DNA of 62,208 nucleotides, the filler included, from Asterionella formosa (lineage: Eukaryota), in NCBI GenBank assembly GCA_002256025.1. It is 16 parts of 16 records of this genome, joined end to end, with 100 filler letters (N's around TTAATTAATTAA, not from the genome) between each part and the next. Parts side by side here need not be neighbours in the genome. Positions count along the whole stretch, not along the records: positions 1 to 3,815 come from NKIB01013894.1; positions 3,916 to 7,731 come from NKIB01013895.1; positions 7,832 to 11,633 come from NKIB01013897.1; 13 more parts are not named here. One strand, 5' to 3'. Positions 1 through 11,310 of the stretch are shown here, piece by piece. Under the pieces are notes generated by a model. The model saw only the letters and a list, made by a program, of their open reading frames with translations, had not been told where the DNA came from and searched no databases. Position 1 is the stretch's first letter. Every line of letters starts with the position of its first letter. A program made the translations under genes and the position numbers.

Positions 1-126
1 CAGTGTTTCACCCTTACTGCTGCCCAGGCAACACTCCTCCTAGCTGGCTCGCTCTATGTCAACATCCATACTGCGAAATGCCCCAATGGTGAGATCCGTG
101 GTCAGATCATGCGTGCAGTTGCCTAA
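1..126 (+). CDS. CHRD-domain protein, C-terminal fragment (5' end outside window)
   Basis: Frame 1 reads QCFTLTAAQATLLLAGSLYVNIHTAKCPNGEIRGQIMRAVA*. LYVNIHT..PxGEIRGQI is the CHRD-domain C-terminal signature. Not in the supplied ORF track. Confidence 0.8.
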   Translation, partial: QCFTLTAAQATLLLAGSLYVNIHTAKCPNGEIRGQIMRAVA

Positions 127-410
127 GCGACGAGGACAAAATGTTTCATGAGATGAAGGATGAGGAAATCCCTCGCTCGTTCACAAAATAGTAGTTATGA
201 GGCCAGCATAGATTTCGGAACTTTCATATGGGAATGTCATACCCTTGCTTTCCAATGCTAATTCTAAATTTATCTATCCCCTATTTATCATATACACACC
301 TGTTTGATTCGTTGTCAATATTTATTCATTAAATACTAAAACTTCAAATGCACCACGTATATAGTAGTATACATGTCCCTCTATCATCTGACTCCCAGTT
401 GAATACTTTG

Positions 411-2464
411 CTAAGCGCATTGACTGCAACATGTAGGTACCTCACAGGTGCCACAATTAGCAATAAATGTCAACAATGATCCATTCTTACGTAAACCACA
501 AAGGGAGTCGGGAATATTTCCTTTAAGGTCAACATTGCCAGACAAGTTAAGATTCTCCAAGGATGCCAATTTTCCCAATTCTGTAGGAATTTCACCGACC
601 AAATAATTCGATTGAAGAGTGATGACTTGTAAGTTTGGCAAGTTACCCAATTGTGAAGGGAAAGTTCCAGTCAATCTATTGTCACTCAAAAATAGGTAGC
701 GAAGGCTGGTAATTGTACCAAATTCGCTGGGGATGGGACCGAAAATGATATTGTGTGACAATCCAATGGTGTTCAATTTATTGCATTTCGAAAGTTCTGT
801 TGGGATGAAGCCAGTCAACCCACAATTGCCCAGATCCAGACTTTCCAATGCAGTCAAGCCTAGTTCCGTTGGGATAAAACCTTTCAAGTGATTGCCAGCG
901 GCATCAAACACGCTCAATTGCATCAATGATCCTACTTCTGATGGGATGACACCTGTAACTCGATTGTTATGAAGCCGAAATTCTTTCAATTGTGTCATGG
1001 TTCCAATTTCAGTTGGAATGCTTCCAATGAGCTGATTGTCCCATAGTGTAAGATATTCCAGAGCAGAAAGCTTGCCCAACGATGATGGGATCGAACCTGA
1101 TATGACATTAAAGTCAAGTTCCAAGCTTCGAATAGTTTTCATTTCCCCAAGAGTGTCAGGAATAGTTCCCTTGAAAAAGTTGACAGAAAGTGTAAGCTGT
1201 TCGAGATACGAAAGTGTACTAATTTCGCTGGGAATAGATCCACTGAGATGGTTATACCCCAAGTTGATGGCCACTGCATAGTAAGTGCATAACAGGCAGG
1301 AGAAGAAATCAAATAGTTAGAATGAAATTAAAGTTCAATTACAGGATGCAGATAGTTTGACTTACCTAAGTTCGTCAATAGAGTCAATTCTGATGGTAAT
1401 GATCCCATCAAGTTGTTCTCTGTCATCCATATTCCCACGATACGACCCTTTGAATCACACTCAACTCCAAACCATTTACATGACTTTTCATTTGACACCC
1501 ATTGTGCATTATTTTTCCATCCCCTGCCTTTCCATGTTGCATATAAGAATGCCAATAAGAATCGATCATTGTACTCGTCATGTTGTGTTTGTGGGTTTTG
1601 AGTTACATCAAAACTCAACCATGTGAGAGCCTGATTGAGTGGTGTGCAGCTGTCAAGTTTTTCGTTAAAGTTGGGAATGAGCGTAGTAATCCACGTGTTC
1701 TTTAGGCTGTTGTATGTGTCCATAAAGGCGGTATCATAAGAAGAAATGGCATTCTCGCAGTCGCACTGCCAGAAGGGGTCTTGTTGAATGTTGGAAGTAA
1801 CGCTGCATCCATTGTTGCTTTCCGCTGGACCTTGAAGGGTGGTAGTTGCAGTAGTGGATGGTGGCAACTGCTGCGGCGTCGCTGCACCAGCAGAGAACGC
1901 CATTGATACACTTATCGTCACAACTAGAAGTACTCCAATGGCAGCACACCACACAAGACCTCGTCGAATATTAATTTGTTTGCCAGTGACTAATGAATTT
2001 TCCACCTGGCGCATGAGTCCATCCCTTCCACCTCCATGTGCCCTTGTGGATCGGATACTTCCATGCTCGGAGCGCAGGAACCCATCCAGATCCAAGTCGA
2101 CTAGGTCTTCGTGTCTTGTTGGCAAAGTGCCATGCGACGCAGCTCGTGAGGGATTGGCATAGTTTTTATTCTTGGTTGTCTCCGAGATGATGGGGCTGAA
2201 GCTGACCAAGTTGTCGTCGTAGGGCGAAGCAGCGTCGGAGCGAGGTTCTTCCCATGCCCCAATGGGACGAGTGAGATTGAAGGAGTTGGATCCCAAGTAA
2301 AATGATCCTTGAATGGGCGGTGGCATGTTGTTGGTGCTAGTGGAGTTGCGGGTCTCTGATGTGCTGTGGCTATAGCTCGATGTTGTCGTTGCGACACAGC
2401 TGCTGCGTCGACTGTCGGATGCGCAAGAGTTGTCCTGATGTGTGAAACGTAGGTAGTCAGTCAT
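411..2464 (-). CDS. Type II membrane leucine-rich-repeat protein (diatom LRR family), 2 exons
   Basis: Exon 1 2464-1366, intron 1365-1274 (GTAAGT...TGCAG, phase 1, joins LTNL-V-AINL), exon 2 1273-411. Low-complexity N-terminus, TM helix (GLVWCAAIGVLLVVTISVSMAF), LRR N-cap (QALTWL...RFLLAFLYATWKG..W...CKWFGVEC), plant-type LRRs (LxLxxNxLxGxIPxEL), Cys C-cap. An alternative upstream ATG is at 2569. Confidence 0.85.
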
Positions 2465-2614
2465 GCTGAATATAGTACAATTCAATGCAATAGAATGGAA
2501 TGGAATGGAACAATTTTGAAAGAAAACAGAAACGACGGAACGTACCATTTTGTTGATATTGATTGACATTGATCAGATTCGTTCGTTCCTTCTTACGTCT
2601 ATGCAGCAGGACAG

Positions 2615-2690
2615 GATGTTGCTTTGCCTGTACTTACTGATGACGATCAAATGAAGTTGCTTTGCTTGTACTAACTGATGATGATCTGAT
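2615..2690. repeat. Short tandem duplication (~39 bp x2) upstream of the LRR gene
   Basis: gttgctttgcctgtacttactgatgacgatc / gttgctttgcttgtactaactgatgatgatc. Confidence 0.6.
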
Positions 2691-3612
2691 CAAGACGAGT
2701 GAAGCAACTTAAAAAATGATTTTTTGCGCTATTTTGCGTTGGGGGGGGGTTGAGGATTATATTCTGCAACGCGAAGGTGCAACGACACCATCATTCAGAC
2801 ACAGTACCTGGTATCTACCGGAATACGTAATAGTACCGGTAGGAGGGACTACTGTGTATGGCGTATGTACCAGAATAAATGTTGAAACGAAGACTACTCG
2901 TCTATGAATATTATCAAATGATGTGTAGTTGAACTTCCACATTTTACACAGTAAAATAGTAAAAGTGAGGAATCAAAATGACAAAATTTGTTCACGAGTA
3001 ACCTTCCATGACGTCATATGAGGGGATTACCGGCAGCGCAACGGAAGCGATTACCGGCAAGAATACTTGGATAGTAAAATACCTAACCATTTAATGCTAT
3101 ATACTGTATTTAAAGAAATGAGTACATGTGTGCTTTGACATTCTTTACAACTACTTCTGTACCTGTATTGCATACTGGGTATCGTCGAGTTTGACATGCC
3201 ACCGCCACGGGTTTAAAAATAATGTCAGTACTGGTATGTAATGTACAGCCAGCATTATAATACAAAGCGTAAGTTCGATTCATAAATATTTCATACATCT
3301 TGGGGATATAGCCATGTCCTGTTTTGGGCATATGTAATACAGTTTTGACAAAACCTCCTACCGGCACTGGTAATTTATATTACGGACAAGGACAGACGCG
3401 ATGGAGTTATACCAGACGAGCACCGGACGCACTAGAAAAACCACGCGATGCAAATCGAAGGAGTCGAAGCTGAGAAATTAATATAGCGACAACGCGACTG
3501 TTAAGTTCTAGCTTTTAGAGTTGAATCGAACAACCAAGAATCGGCAGCTAAGACAACAAGGGAAGAAGACAGCAACCACGCGAGGTTAAACAAGAAAGTA
3601 GTAGTACAGGGG

Positions 3613-3815
3613 TGGTCACGCTTCGCTATGCTACTTACGAAGGGTGTCGAATTCCCGTTGTTGCCACTCACGGAAGAGCAACGACTTACTGACCTGGCCT
3701 TGGCAATGTCGCGTGGCAATCACTCCTCTGCGAAATCGAAAAGGGACGTGGTCAAGAAGCTGCTGATCAAAGAAGTTGAACGCGGTTGGCAACTACCACT
3801 ACCTCCCGAAAAAAT
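3613..3815 (+). mobile_element. Fragment of a DIRS/Ngaro-like (tyrosine-recombinase) retroelement, region just N-terminal of RT
   Basis: WSRFAMLLTKGVEFPLLPLTEEQRLTDLALAMSRGNHSSA...LLIKEVERGWQLPLP matches the W...L..G..xPL...E..R..DL....RGNHxSA...DV..GW.LPLP motif seen ahead of RT in diatom YR-type retroelements. Truncated by the contig end. Confidence 0.6.
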
Positions 3816-3915
3816 NNNNNNNNNNNNNNNNNNNNNNNNNNNNNNNNNNNNNNNNNNNNTTAATTAATTAANNNNNNNNNNNNNNNNNNNNNNNNNNNNN
3901 NNNNNNNNNNNNNNN
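3816..3915. other. Artificial contig spacer (first of 15)
   Basis: 44 N + TTAATTAATTAA (stops in all six frames) + 44 N. Identical spacers start at 7732, 11634, 15536, 19437, 23338, 27239, 31136, 35032, 38924, 42811, 46696, 50577, 54458 and 58335. Confidence 0.97.
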
Positions 3916-4374
3916 TCATTCGGAGCAACATACGCAGGCATTTCGGAGCCACAAGGGGCTAGAAACAAAGCAGGATATGCCGTTGCAGAAGAACTACTTG
4001 TTTGTAAAACCATCGAGGTGGTTTTGCAATGATAACAAGTGTTCAACAAGTTATGTCGATTGTGTCCTTTAAATATATGCATGTATGCTCCCCTCCCCAT
4101 ACCGGTAGATTAATTAATGTGCACAGTTTTGTCGACTTGTACATAATAGCTATAGTGAATATGTACGAACGCAACGAGAAATGCCCCAACAAATGTTTAT
4201 CATGACGATGACCGACACTTCCAGACCTGACCCAGATGTTTTCATATTTGTCGTACATAGTACGACGTTAGTCCAAGGCGGGTTCAGAACTTCTAATCAC
4301 AGTCCTACCTGATGGTGCCAGGTACCTGGTACCTTCTACCAGGTAGGTACCAGGTACCAGGTACTGTACATCCA

Positions 4375-4463
4375 GCAAGTTGCGGTAATTTTGCTGAAAT
4401 TAAAGATTTAGCTATCTTTATCCCAGATTAAAATGATGTTTAAGCAAAATGACCGCAACTTGC
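4375..4463 (+). mobile_element. MITE family A, copy 1 (~90 bp)
   Basis: TIR GCAAGTTGCGGTAATTTTGCT ... AGCAAAATGACCGCAACTTGC (21 bp, 1 mismatch); internal tttagctatctttatc; possible CAG duplication at the ends. Confidence 0.8.
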
Positions 4464-4564
4464 AGATGTTTCTGGTGCGGAACTGTATTCATATGTAGTA
4501 CTGTAGTCCTCGTAACAGGTAACCTGGTACTGTTACCAGGTATCCTACCTGGTCTCTGGTACCA

Positions 4565-4653
4565 GCAAGTTGCCGTAATTTTGCCCAACTAAACATTTAG
4601 CTATCTTTATCAGAGATTAAATTGTTTATTTAAGCAAAATGACCGCAACTTGC
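4565..4653 (+). mobile_element. MITE family A, copy 2
   Basis: GCAAGTTGCCGTAATTTTGC...tttagctatctttatc...AGCAAAATGACCGCAACTTGC. Confidence 0.8.
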
Positions 4654-5543
4654 ATGCACCAGGTACCGGTAGTAACTCATGTGATGTTGCACCTCGAACA
4701 ACTCCACATGATGAGACCAATTGAGTATAAACGGTACCAGTATCAGGGACCCTCTGTTACAAAGTTATTTATAGCGGATTCTAGATGCTTTAAGATCCAA
4801 GATGGCGTCGTAAAACATATTACGATTAAACAGCCACATCGCAAGCGAATGATACGATACTGGAAGTCACAGCATTTCGTTGAGTATGTTACCAGGCGTA
4901 CCGGTAGTTACCTAGAAGGGTTTAAATTAACCACAGAAAACCGACAAACATATGTGTGACGATTGTCGGAGTTCTCTGGATCATTCGGGAAGCAAATGTC
5001 AACCACTTTCTTGAAATGTAATTGGTAAAAAACGAAATGGTGCATTTGACATTTATTGTTGTCTGGTCGAAACTTATATATGTTCGGTTCAGACAGAAAT
5101 CGAGCCGTGTTCGCGATACAACGTCCAAGGCAATTTCCAAGTCGTGCTAGATCATATAATTAATAGGTCAATGTAAAATAAATGCCCAGGATCAGGTAGA
5201 CAGATTAATGCTCGAATGACTTAATATAGCGCAACGAACATCAATGCCCGTGCCATTTCGTTTGAAAGAATATATATTGTTGTTACACGATGTTTACTTG
5301 AGCTCCTGGTACCAGGTACCATATTAGCCGTGATTAAAATTTAAGTACCGGGCAGGAAATGAATCATCATGATATTTTTTGACGAATTCAATGTACCTGG
5401 TAACAAAAATGACGTGTCCTCGTCTACCATGCAAATACTGATACAGCCAACATGCATCTATGATTGTATTCGTTTGATTGTTACAGTAAAAGGGTCCATT
5501 CCTGAATTTGAATGACTATAATAAAAATTAACAATGGGCAAAA

Positions 5544-6420
5544 GTGAAGTCATTTCATACCTTTTCAAGTGCATTCACAAGTCACTGTGGCTGCTACAAA
5601 ACCATAACAAAGGTTCATAGACTTGAACGAACAGCAGTGCTGCTTGGGACACTACAGAAAATCAGAGGTAGAGTGGTGATGGCCATTGTTGTCACAGCTC
5701 CTGAAACTGTGAATGATGCTGATATAAATGAGCTGTATGCTCTTGAAAAGCACTTAATGATCATTTCTGAAGGTGATCCAGACAATGTTTACTGTGGTGA
5801 AGGCGATGATACTATACTTGAGGAGGCATTACTAGGACATGAAGATATGTTTCAGAGCTCATTGAACTTGTCAAGCCTACAGGAACAATTTTCCAGAAAC
5901 TTGAAATTTTTTTCATCCCAATGAAGTCATAAACAAGTTGTTTGATATTGAGTGGGGATATTCAGAAATCTGCTAAATGAGGCAGACATTTAGCAATCCA
6001 AGCATTTCCAATTCAGTTGTAGCTGAGGACTGTTGTCCAGTTGTTCGAATTACCTTCCCTTTTAGTTCTTGAAAGATACTGTTTTTTAACAATTAATCTA
6101 GAGGGAAAACCATTTAACATGTGATGATCTACTCAGATGGATTGGATTATGGTTGTTAATGGCAAAAATGCAGGGAACAAAACAACCAGATTTTCGGTCA
6201 GATGCATTTGCCAAAATTTTCGCCAATGCCTCCTGTCGGCTAAATCACATCAATTCTCGCAATAAATTTGATGCAAGTCTCAAGAAAATAGGCTACAAAA
6301 TTCAGTCAGCAGCCACCTGAGAGTCCTGATCACTTTCATAAAGTAAGGGAAACTATTGAAGCCTGTAAGATGAACTTGATTGCAGAACAGTTATCAGATG
6401 AGTCACATTGTATGTTCAGA
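5544..6420 (+). pseudogene. Degenerate piggyBac-like (DDE_Tnp_1_7) transposase remnant
   Basis: Broken frames carry NLEGKP.....L.RWIGLWLLMA (~6100-6165), PDHFHKVRETIEACKMN (~6325) and LSDES (~6390). These resemble the WIG.W.LM / D.F..VR..I.A.N.N / CLDES blocks of piggyBac-like transposases. Many stops and frameshifts. Confidence 0.5.
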
Positions 6421-6687
6421 CAAATCTAAGTCCTTAAGAAGGAGAATCACCAAGAAGGTCATTAAGAAGGACCAAAAATGATGAACAAAAAGTGTTTCGG
6501 CTGCCCAAAGGCACAAACAGTTTCAGGCTTGAAGTGATGAATCACATTTCATGATCATTAGTGCAATCAATGCTGATGTCGAACACTTTCCTCATGACCA
6601 AACCTCCTCATCTGACAATGAGGAGGAGGATGAAACTATTGATATTTTTTATGGATTGTGATGTAGGAGTAGTCTACCCTTGTACTT

Positions 6688-6777
6688 GCGAGTTGCGGTC
6701 ATTTTGTTTCAACTATAATTTTAATCTTGGATAAAGATAGCTAAAGTTTTATCATGAGCAAAATTACCGTAACTTGC
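6688..6777 (-). mobile_element. MITE family A, copy 3 (inverted)
   Basis: GCGAGTTGCGGTCATTTTG...gataaagatagctaaa...AGCAAAATTACCGTAACTTGC. Confidence 0.75.
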
Positions 6778-7070
6778 TCTGCCTGGTATGTATACCTTTG
6801 TATCAGGCACTGGGCGCGCTCTGATAATAAAAAATTATTATATCATGTGTGTATTATAACACAAATTATTTTTGGTGATCTGCTACATAATATCGTTCTT
6901 GCGCTCTGATAATAGAGATATTTTAGATTACTTCTCTGACATTATATATATTTTTAACTTTAATTTTCAACAGTTAAATTTTCATTTCGATGCATCCTCT
7001 TGTATGCTATGCTGCCTCTTGTTCATTATATGCATGAGTTCTATATATTCATCATCATCGGTCACTGACC

Positions 7071-7731
7071 ATGTCGACTTTCATCTCATCTCCTGATGAT
7101 GATGATGATGATGATGATGACATTATGATCACATTGCTACTGTTAGCAATGTGCTATCCACCAGTAAATAGGACGCCATCGTTCAGGGAAAGTTTGACTG
7201 TTGATGAGGTCAGAAGAAGAAGTGGCAAAATCCGTCGCCACGCGCTACAGCATCCATTATCGAGTCCATTCTGGACTTTGCTCAACCACAGCAAGCATGA
7301 TGATGCTCTGATTACCTTGTGTGGGTTTGACCATGCTTCTTTCGAGCTCCTACACCAGCTGTTCAAACCTTGTTTTTATTCCTTCACTACCTGTAGGAAA
7401 AATACGGATTTCATTGTTAGAAATTCAACAACAAAGAAAGGTCGGCAAAGATACCTCTGTTCCATCAGTTGTCTAGCGCTTGGGTTAGCATGGACCAGGA
7501 CTCGTGGTTCCTATATGATTCTTCAGATTATTTTCGGATTAACTCATGGTTCTTTGAGTGTTTGGTTGAGGTTTTCAAGGCGAATGATTGTAAAAGTACT
7601 GCTGACACATGAAGATGCCGTTGTGAGACTGCCTACTGCAGACGAAGCCACCTTGTTTGCAACCATGATCAATCAGAAATACCCACTTATAACAAATTGT
7701 TGGGGAGCAATGGATGGTCTGAAACTGACCC
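7071..7731 (+). mobile_element. PIF/Harbinger transposase (DDE_Tnp_4 type), N-terminal part, truncated at contig end
   Basis: Open frame with SPFWTLL...DDALITLCGFDHASF, HTH region GRQR.L....CLALGLAW.RTRGS...LQIIFGLT...LSVWLRF, and first catalytic motif YPLITNCWGAMDGLKL. Acidic (GAT)n start. Confidence 0.8.
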
Positions 7732-7953
7732 NNNNNNNNNNNNNNNNNNNNNNNNNNNNNNNNNNNNNNNNNNNNTTAATTAATTAANNNNNNNNNNNNN
7801 NNNNNNNNNNNNNNNNNNNNNNNNNNNNNNNTTTGAATTCTCTGCTTCGCTCGTCATCGATTCTCAATCTTCGCTCACCCAAAGCAATATTCGAATCATA
7901 AATATCTCATGACAACATCGTTCGCTCGTTGCCATCAATAATATATTCACGTC

Positions 7954-9069
7954 ATGCCACTCCTGTCTCGCTCGCTTATCTTTTTGTCCTTCGTGCTGCT
8001 TCTGGAACGCAGTCATGGCTTTGCTCTCAATACGTCGCCGTTCAATAAACGAAGCCTTGCGGCGAAACGAAACTTGCCCATGGCTGCACCTCCTCCCCTT
8101 GAAACCACTCCAAGGTTTCTCTTCACTCGTCCGCTTCCAGACAGCGACCACACGAGCATTCGATCGAATCGCTTTCGACATCGACTGACTGCCATGTTGA
8201 GACGATCTGTGGCTGTCTTTTGTCTATTGGCGAGTCTTTTCTTTTGCGGTCCACCAGTCGAACCCGCCTTTGCCGTGTCGGGTGGACGAATGGGGGGCTC
8301 CTTCAGTCGTTCCTCCAGCAGTTCTACCAGCCGATACAATTCGAGACGCATCTACTACTCGCCGGCTCCTAATTACTACCATCGACCAAGCACCACAGCT
8401 ATTTTACTCAACGGCAACACACGTATTACCGCCACGGATATTGTAGTAATTGGAGGCGTGAGTTACTTGATCTACAACTTTGCCAAACAAGAGAGACCAA
8501 AGACATCTGTCATGTCACTTACGGCATGTTTGAGTATCCCAGACAGTTCTGGAGCAGATAGTTTGGTGAATCGTCTCAATTTGCTTTCCAATTCAGTTGA
8601 CACTGGCACCCGTCGAGGGGTCCAAGACTTGGTCTCCAACGTTGCTCTTGAATTGCTCCGAGCGGAATCCTCCATTGTTTCCGCCATGTCAAGCTCCTCA
8701 TTATTTAGCAATGATGATTTGGCACAACGTGCCTTTCAAGATATTTCCACTACTGCTAGATCGAAATTAGACATGGAAACCATTCACAAGTTTGGTGAAC
8801 TGGACGTGCGAATTACAACAGAGGAGCCAACAACCAGCGTTGCCACATATGCAGTCATTACATTGACTGTATCGTTAGCCAGTACTATAACATTGCCCAA
8901 AATATCGTCTCGGAAGGATTTGACACAAGCTCTTCGCTCCATTGCGTCTAGTGCCCCTATGGGTGATGCATTGCTGGCAGGAGAAGTAGTGTGGGCACCC
9001 ACCGGTCCTAACGAACGATTGACTATGCAAGATGTCTATGCTGACTATCCCGAACTAGTTCCTTTGTAA
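7954..9069 (+). CDS. DUF1517 / FLAP1-like plastid-targeted protein
   Basis: Signal peptide then SHG-FAL (bipartite plastid presequence), AFA-VSGGRMGGSFS Gly/Ser motif, TM segment, DT.TRRGVQ.LV..VALELLR, and C-terminal EVVWAP..PNERLT.QDV.ADYPEL.PL typical of DUF1517. Confidence 0.8.
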   Translation: MPLLSRSLIFLSFVLLLERSHGFALNTSPFNKRSLAAKRNLPMAAPPPLETTPRFLFTRPLPDSDHTSIRSNRFRHRLTAMLRRSVAVFCLLASLFFCGPPVEPAFAVSGGRMGGSFSRSSSSSTSRYNSRRIYYSPAPNYYHRPSTTAILLNGNTRITATDIVVIGGVSYLIYNFAKQERPKTSVMSLTACLSIPDSSGADSLVNRLNLLSNSVDTGTRRGVQDLVSNVALELLRAESSIVSAMSSSSLFSNDDLAQRAFQDISTTARSKLDMETIHKFGELDVRITTEEPTTSVATYAVITLTVSLASTITLPKISSRKDLTQALRSIASSAPMGDALLAGEVVWAPTGPNERLTMQDVYADYPELVPL

Positions 9070-9255
9070 CTACCGGTATGTCACTTATTAAACATATATG
9101 CACAATATTCTAATGTTACGTGCAAAACAAAATGAGTTGGACTTGCCTTGATAATGACTTGCGGTTTTTGGTAGCTCGTTCGTAAGAGCAAGAAAGGGGC
9201 GAATGTATGAAGAAATAACTGTTTTGTAGTAAATGCAGCAGTGGCTCAAAAGTAT

Positions 9256-9722
9256 NNNNNNNNNNNNNNNNNNNNNNNNNNNNNNNNNNNNNNNNNNNNN
9301 NNNNNNNNNNNNNNNNNNNNNNNNNNNNNNNNNNNNNNNNNNNNNNNNNNNNNNNNNNNNNNNNNNNNNNNNNNNNNNNNNNNNNNNNNNNNNNNNNNNN
9401 NNNNNNNNNNNNNNNNNNNNNNNNNNNNNNNNNNNNNNNNNNNNNNNNNNNNNNNNNNNNNNNNNNNNNNNNNNNNNNNNNNNNNNNNNNNNNNNNNNNN
9501 NNNNNNNNNNNNNNNNNNNNNNNNNNNNNNNNNNNNNNNNNNNNNNNNNNNNNNNNNNNNNNNNNNNNNNNNNNNNNNNNNNNNNNNNNNNNNNNNNNNN
9601 NNNNNNNNNNNNNNNNNNNNNNNNNNNNNNNNNNNNNNNNNNNNNNNNNNNNNNNNNNNNNNNNNNNNNNNNNNNNNNNNNNNNNNNNNNNNNNNNNNNN
9701 NNNNNNNNNNNNNNNNNNNNNN
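9256..9722. other. Internal scaffold gap (467 N, no linker)
   Basis: Uninterrupted N run lacking the TTAATTAATTAA linker. Confidence 0.9.
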
Positions 9723-9923
9723 TAATGTTTAGCCACCCTAACGATGTTGCCGCCCTTGTGGCAGTACAATACGTGTTGTCAAATCGCAATACCATTGGGA
9801 AAAAATGCCCGGAAGTTTCCAAAGGTGAATTGTGTCTTTCAACAAAAATCCATTGCTACGAGACTTCACAGAACATTGCAATACTAAACTACTTGTATCA
9901 ATTAATTCGCCTCGAGCATTCCT

Positions 9924-11114
9924 TCACTGCTTGTTATTCCGCTTGCTCTCTTCCAAGCACGTCAATGCCAAGGAACAAACAGTCATCAGCTGCAAGTATT
10001 CATCTGCTCCATCCACCAAATTCTTTTCTACTTCCCCAATGCGAATGGCCAACTTGGCTTTCCCCAAATCTGACAAGGCCGACGACGTTAGAATTTTTGC
10101 ACTCAGGGCCACTAAAACAGCATGCACAGAAAATCCAGATGCTGTCACCTCGTCGACACCCAATTTCATGGAATCAAAGGTGGTGAATGATTCCCACAAG
10201 TTTTCCACAACACTGGGTGGTGGCAAACCGGCCAATTCGGCAAGTCCCTCCTTGTCCAACGGGCCCCCCAAGGCGTGGGCAGACTGCAACGTCGTGACAG
10301 CCCGTCTCATGTCACCTCCTGCCAAATCCAAAATATTCTCTAGCTGATCGTCACTAAAAGAGCAGCCTTCACTTGTAGAAATATCCTTCAGCCGAAGCTT
10401 CATGCTTTCGACGGGAAGGGGTTGAAACCGGAATTTGGCACAACGGGATGCAAGTGGTTCAATGATGCGAGTGACGTAATTGCAGATGAGAATAAAGCGA
10501 GTAATGCGACTGTGAGCTTCCTGCATCATTTTGTGTTAGAGATTTCTCGTGTCGATGGCGATGCAGAGCAGACAATGAACGTGCCGAACGCGCAGGAGCT
10601 ATGCACTCACAATAATTCGTCGCAAGGCCGCCTGGGCATCTGGCGTCACCGTATCAGCCTCATCCAAAATAATGATTTTGAATGGAGGATTTGGGTAATT
10701 TTCCACTTCCACATCCATCTTAGCGTCGTTCTCGGCATCGTTCTTGTTAAAAAAACTACTGGCACTCTTTTCTTTGTGCGTTCCAACCGCCAAGGAAGCG
10801 AAGTGCTTGATCTTGTCTCTGACGACGCTAATCCCCCGCTCATCGGATGCATTCAACTCCAAGACACGTCGCCTCCATTGCGATGGCGCCCACAACTGAC
10901 GGCATAGCGCCAGAGCCACGGATGTTTTGCCCGTTCCGGGAGGCCCGTAAAACAGCAAATGCGGCAGACGACCTGTGCTGACAGCATTTTCGAGGGTTGC
11001 AACGACTTCCCGTTGATGCGAGACTTCTTGGAGGTTCTTGGGACGGTAGCGCTCAACCCAAGGCGTGGCGGCAATCTTCTTTTCCACAGTTGCTGTTTCC
11101 TGGGAGATTGACAT
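9924..11114 (-). CDS. RFC4: Replication factor C small subunit (human RFC4 / yeast Rfc2 type), 2 exons
   Basis: Exon 1 11114-10611, intron 10610-10521 (GTGAGT...TGCAG, phase 0), exon 2 10520-9924. PWVERYRP, Walker [34 protein letters not shown] motif (ASRCAKFRF), [14 protein letters not shown]. Confidence 0.93.
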
Positions 11115-11310
11115 GGCCAAAGCGTGGGAAGGAGAGGGAATATCAGTTATTACAATATGGCTGTATTATTGATATTGCTCTGTCCATTTTTAACTTTCGC
11201 TCATGATGGGCCAATGATACATCCGCCGTCGGCTCATCAAAACGATATGTATGATCATGTGCGAGTTTTGTAGGTTGATGCACTATTCGTACACGAATAC
11301 ATTATATATC

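Noticed and set aside
3860..3871. TTAATTAATTAA recurring every ~3.9 kb as a biological periodic motif
   Set aside because: Always centred in 44+44 Ns; it is an assembly linker with stops in all six frames.
9088..10186. ORFs running through N stretches (e.g. 9088-9822, 9233-10186 and all ending in ...XXLIN)
   Set aside because: Open only because Ns contain no stops.
9832..10907. Plus-strand ORFs overlapping RFC4, and similar antisense ORFs over other genes
   Set aside because: Antisense shadows of well-supported genes.
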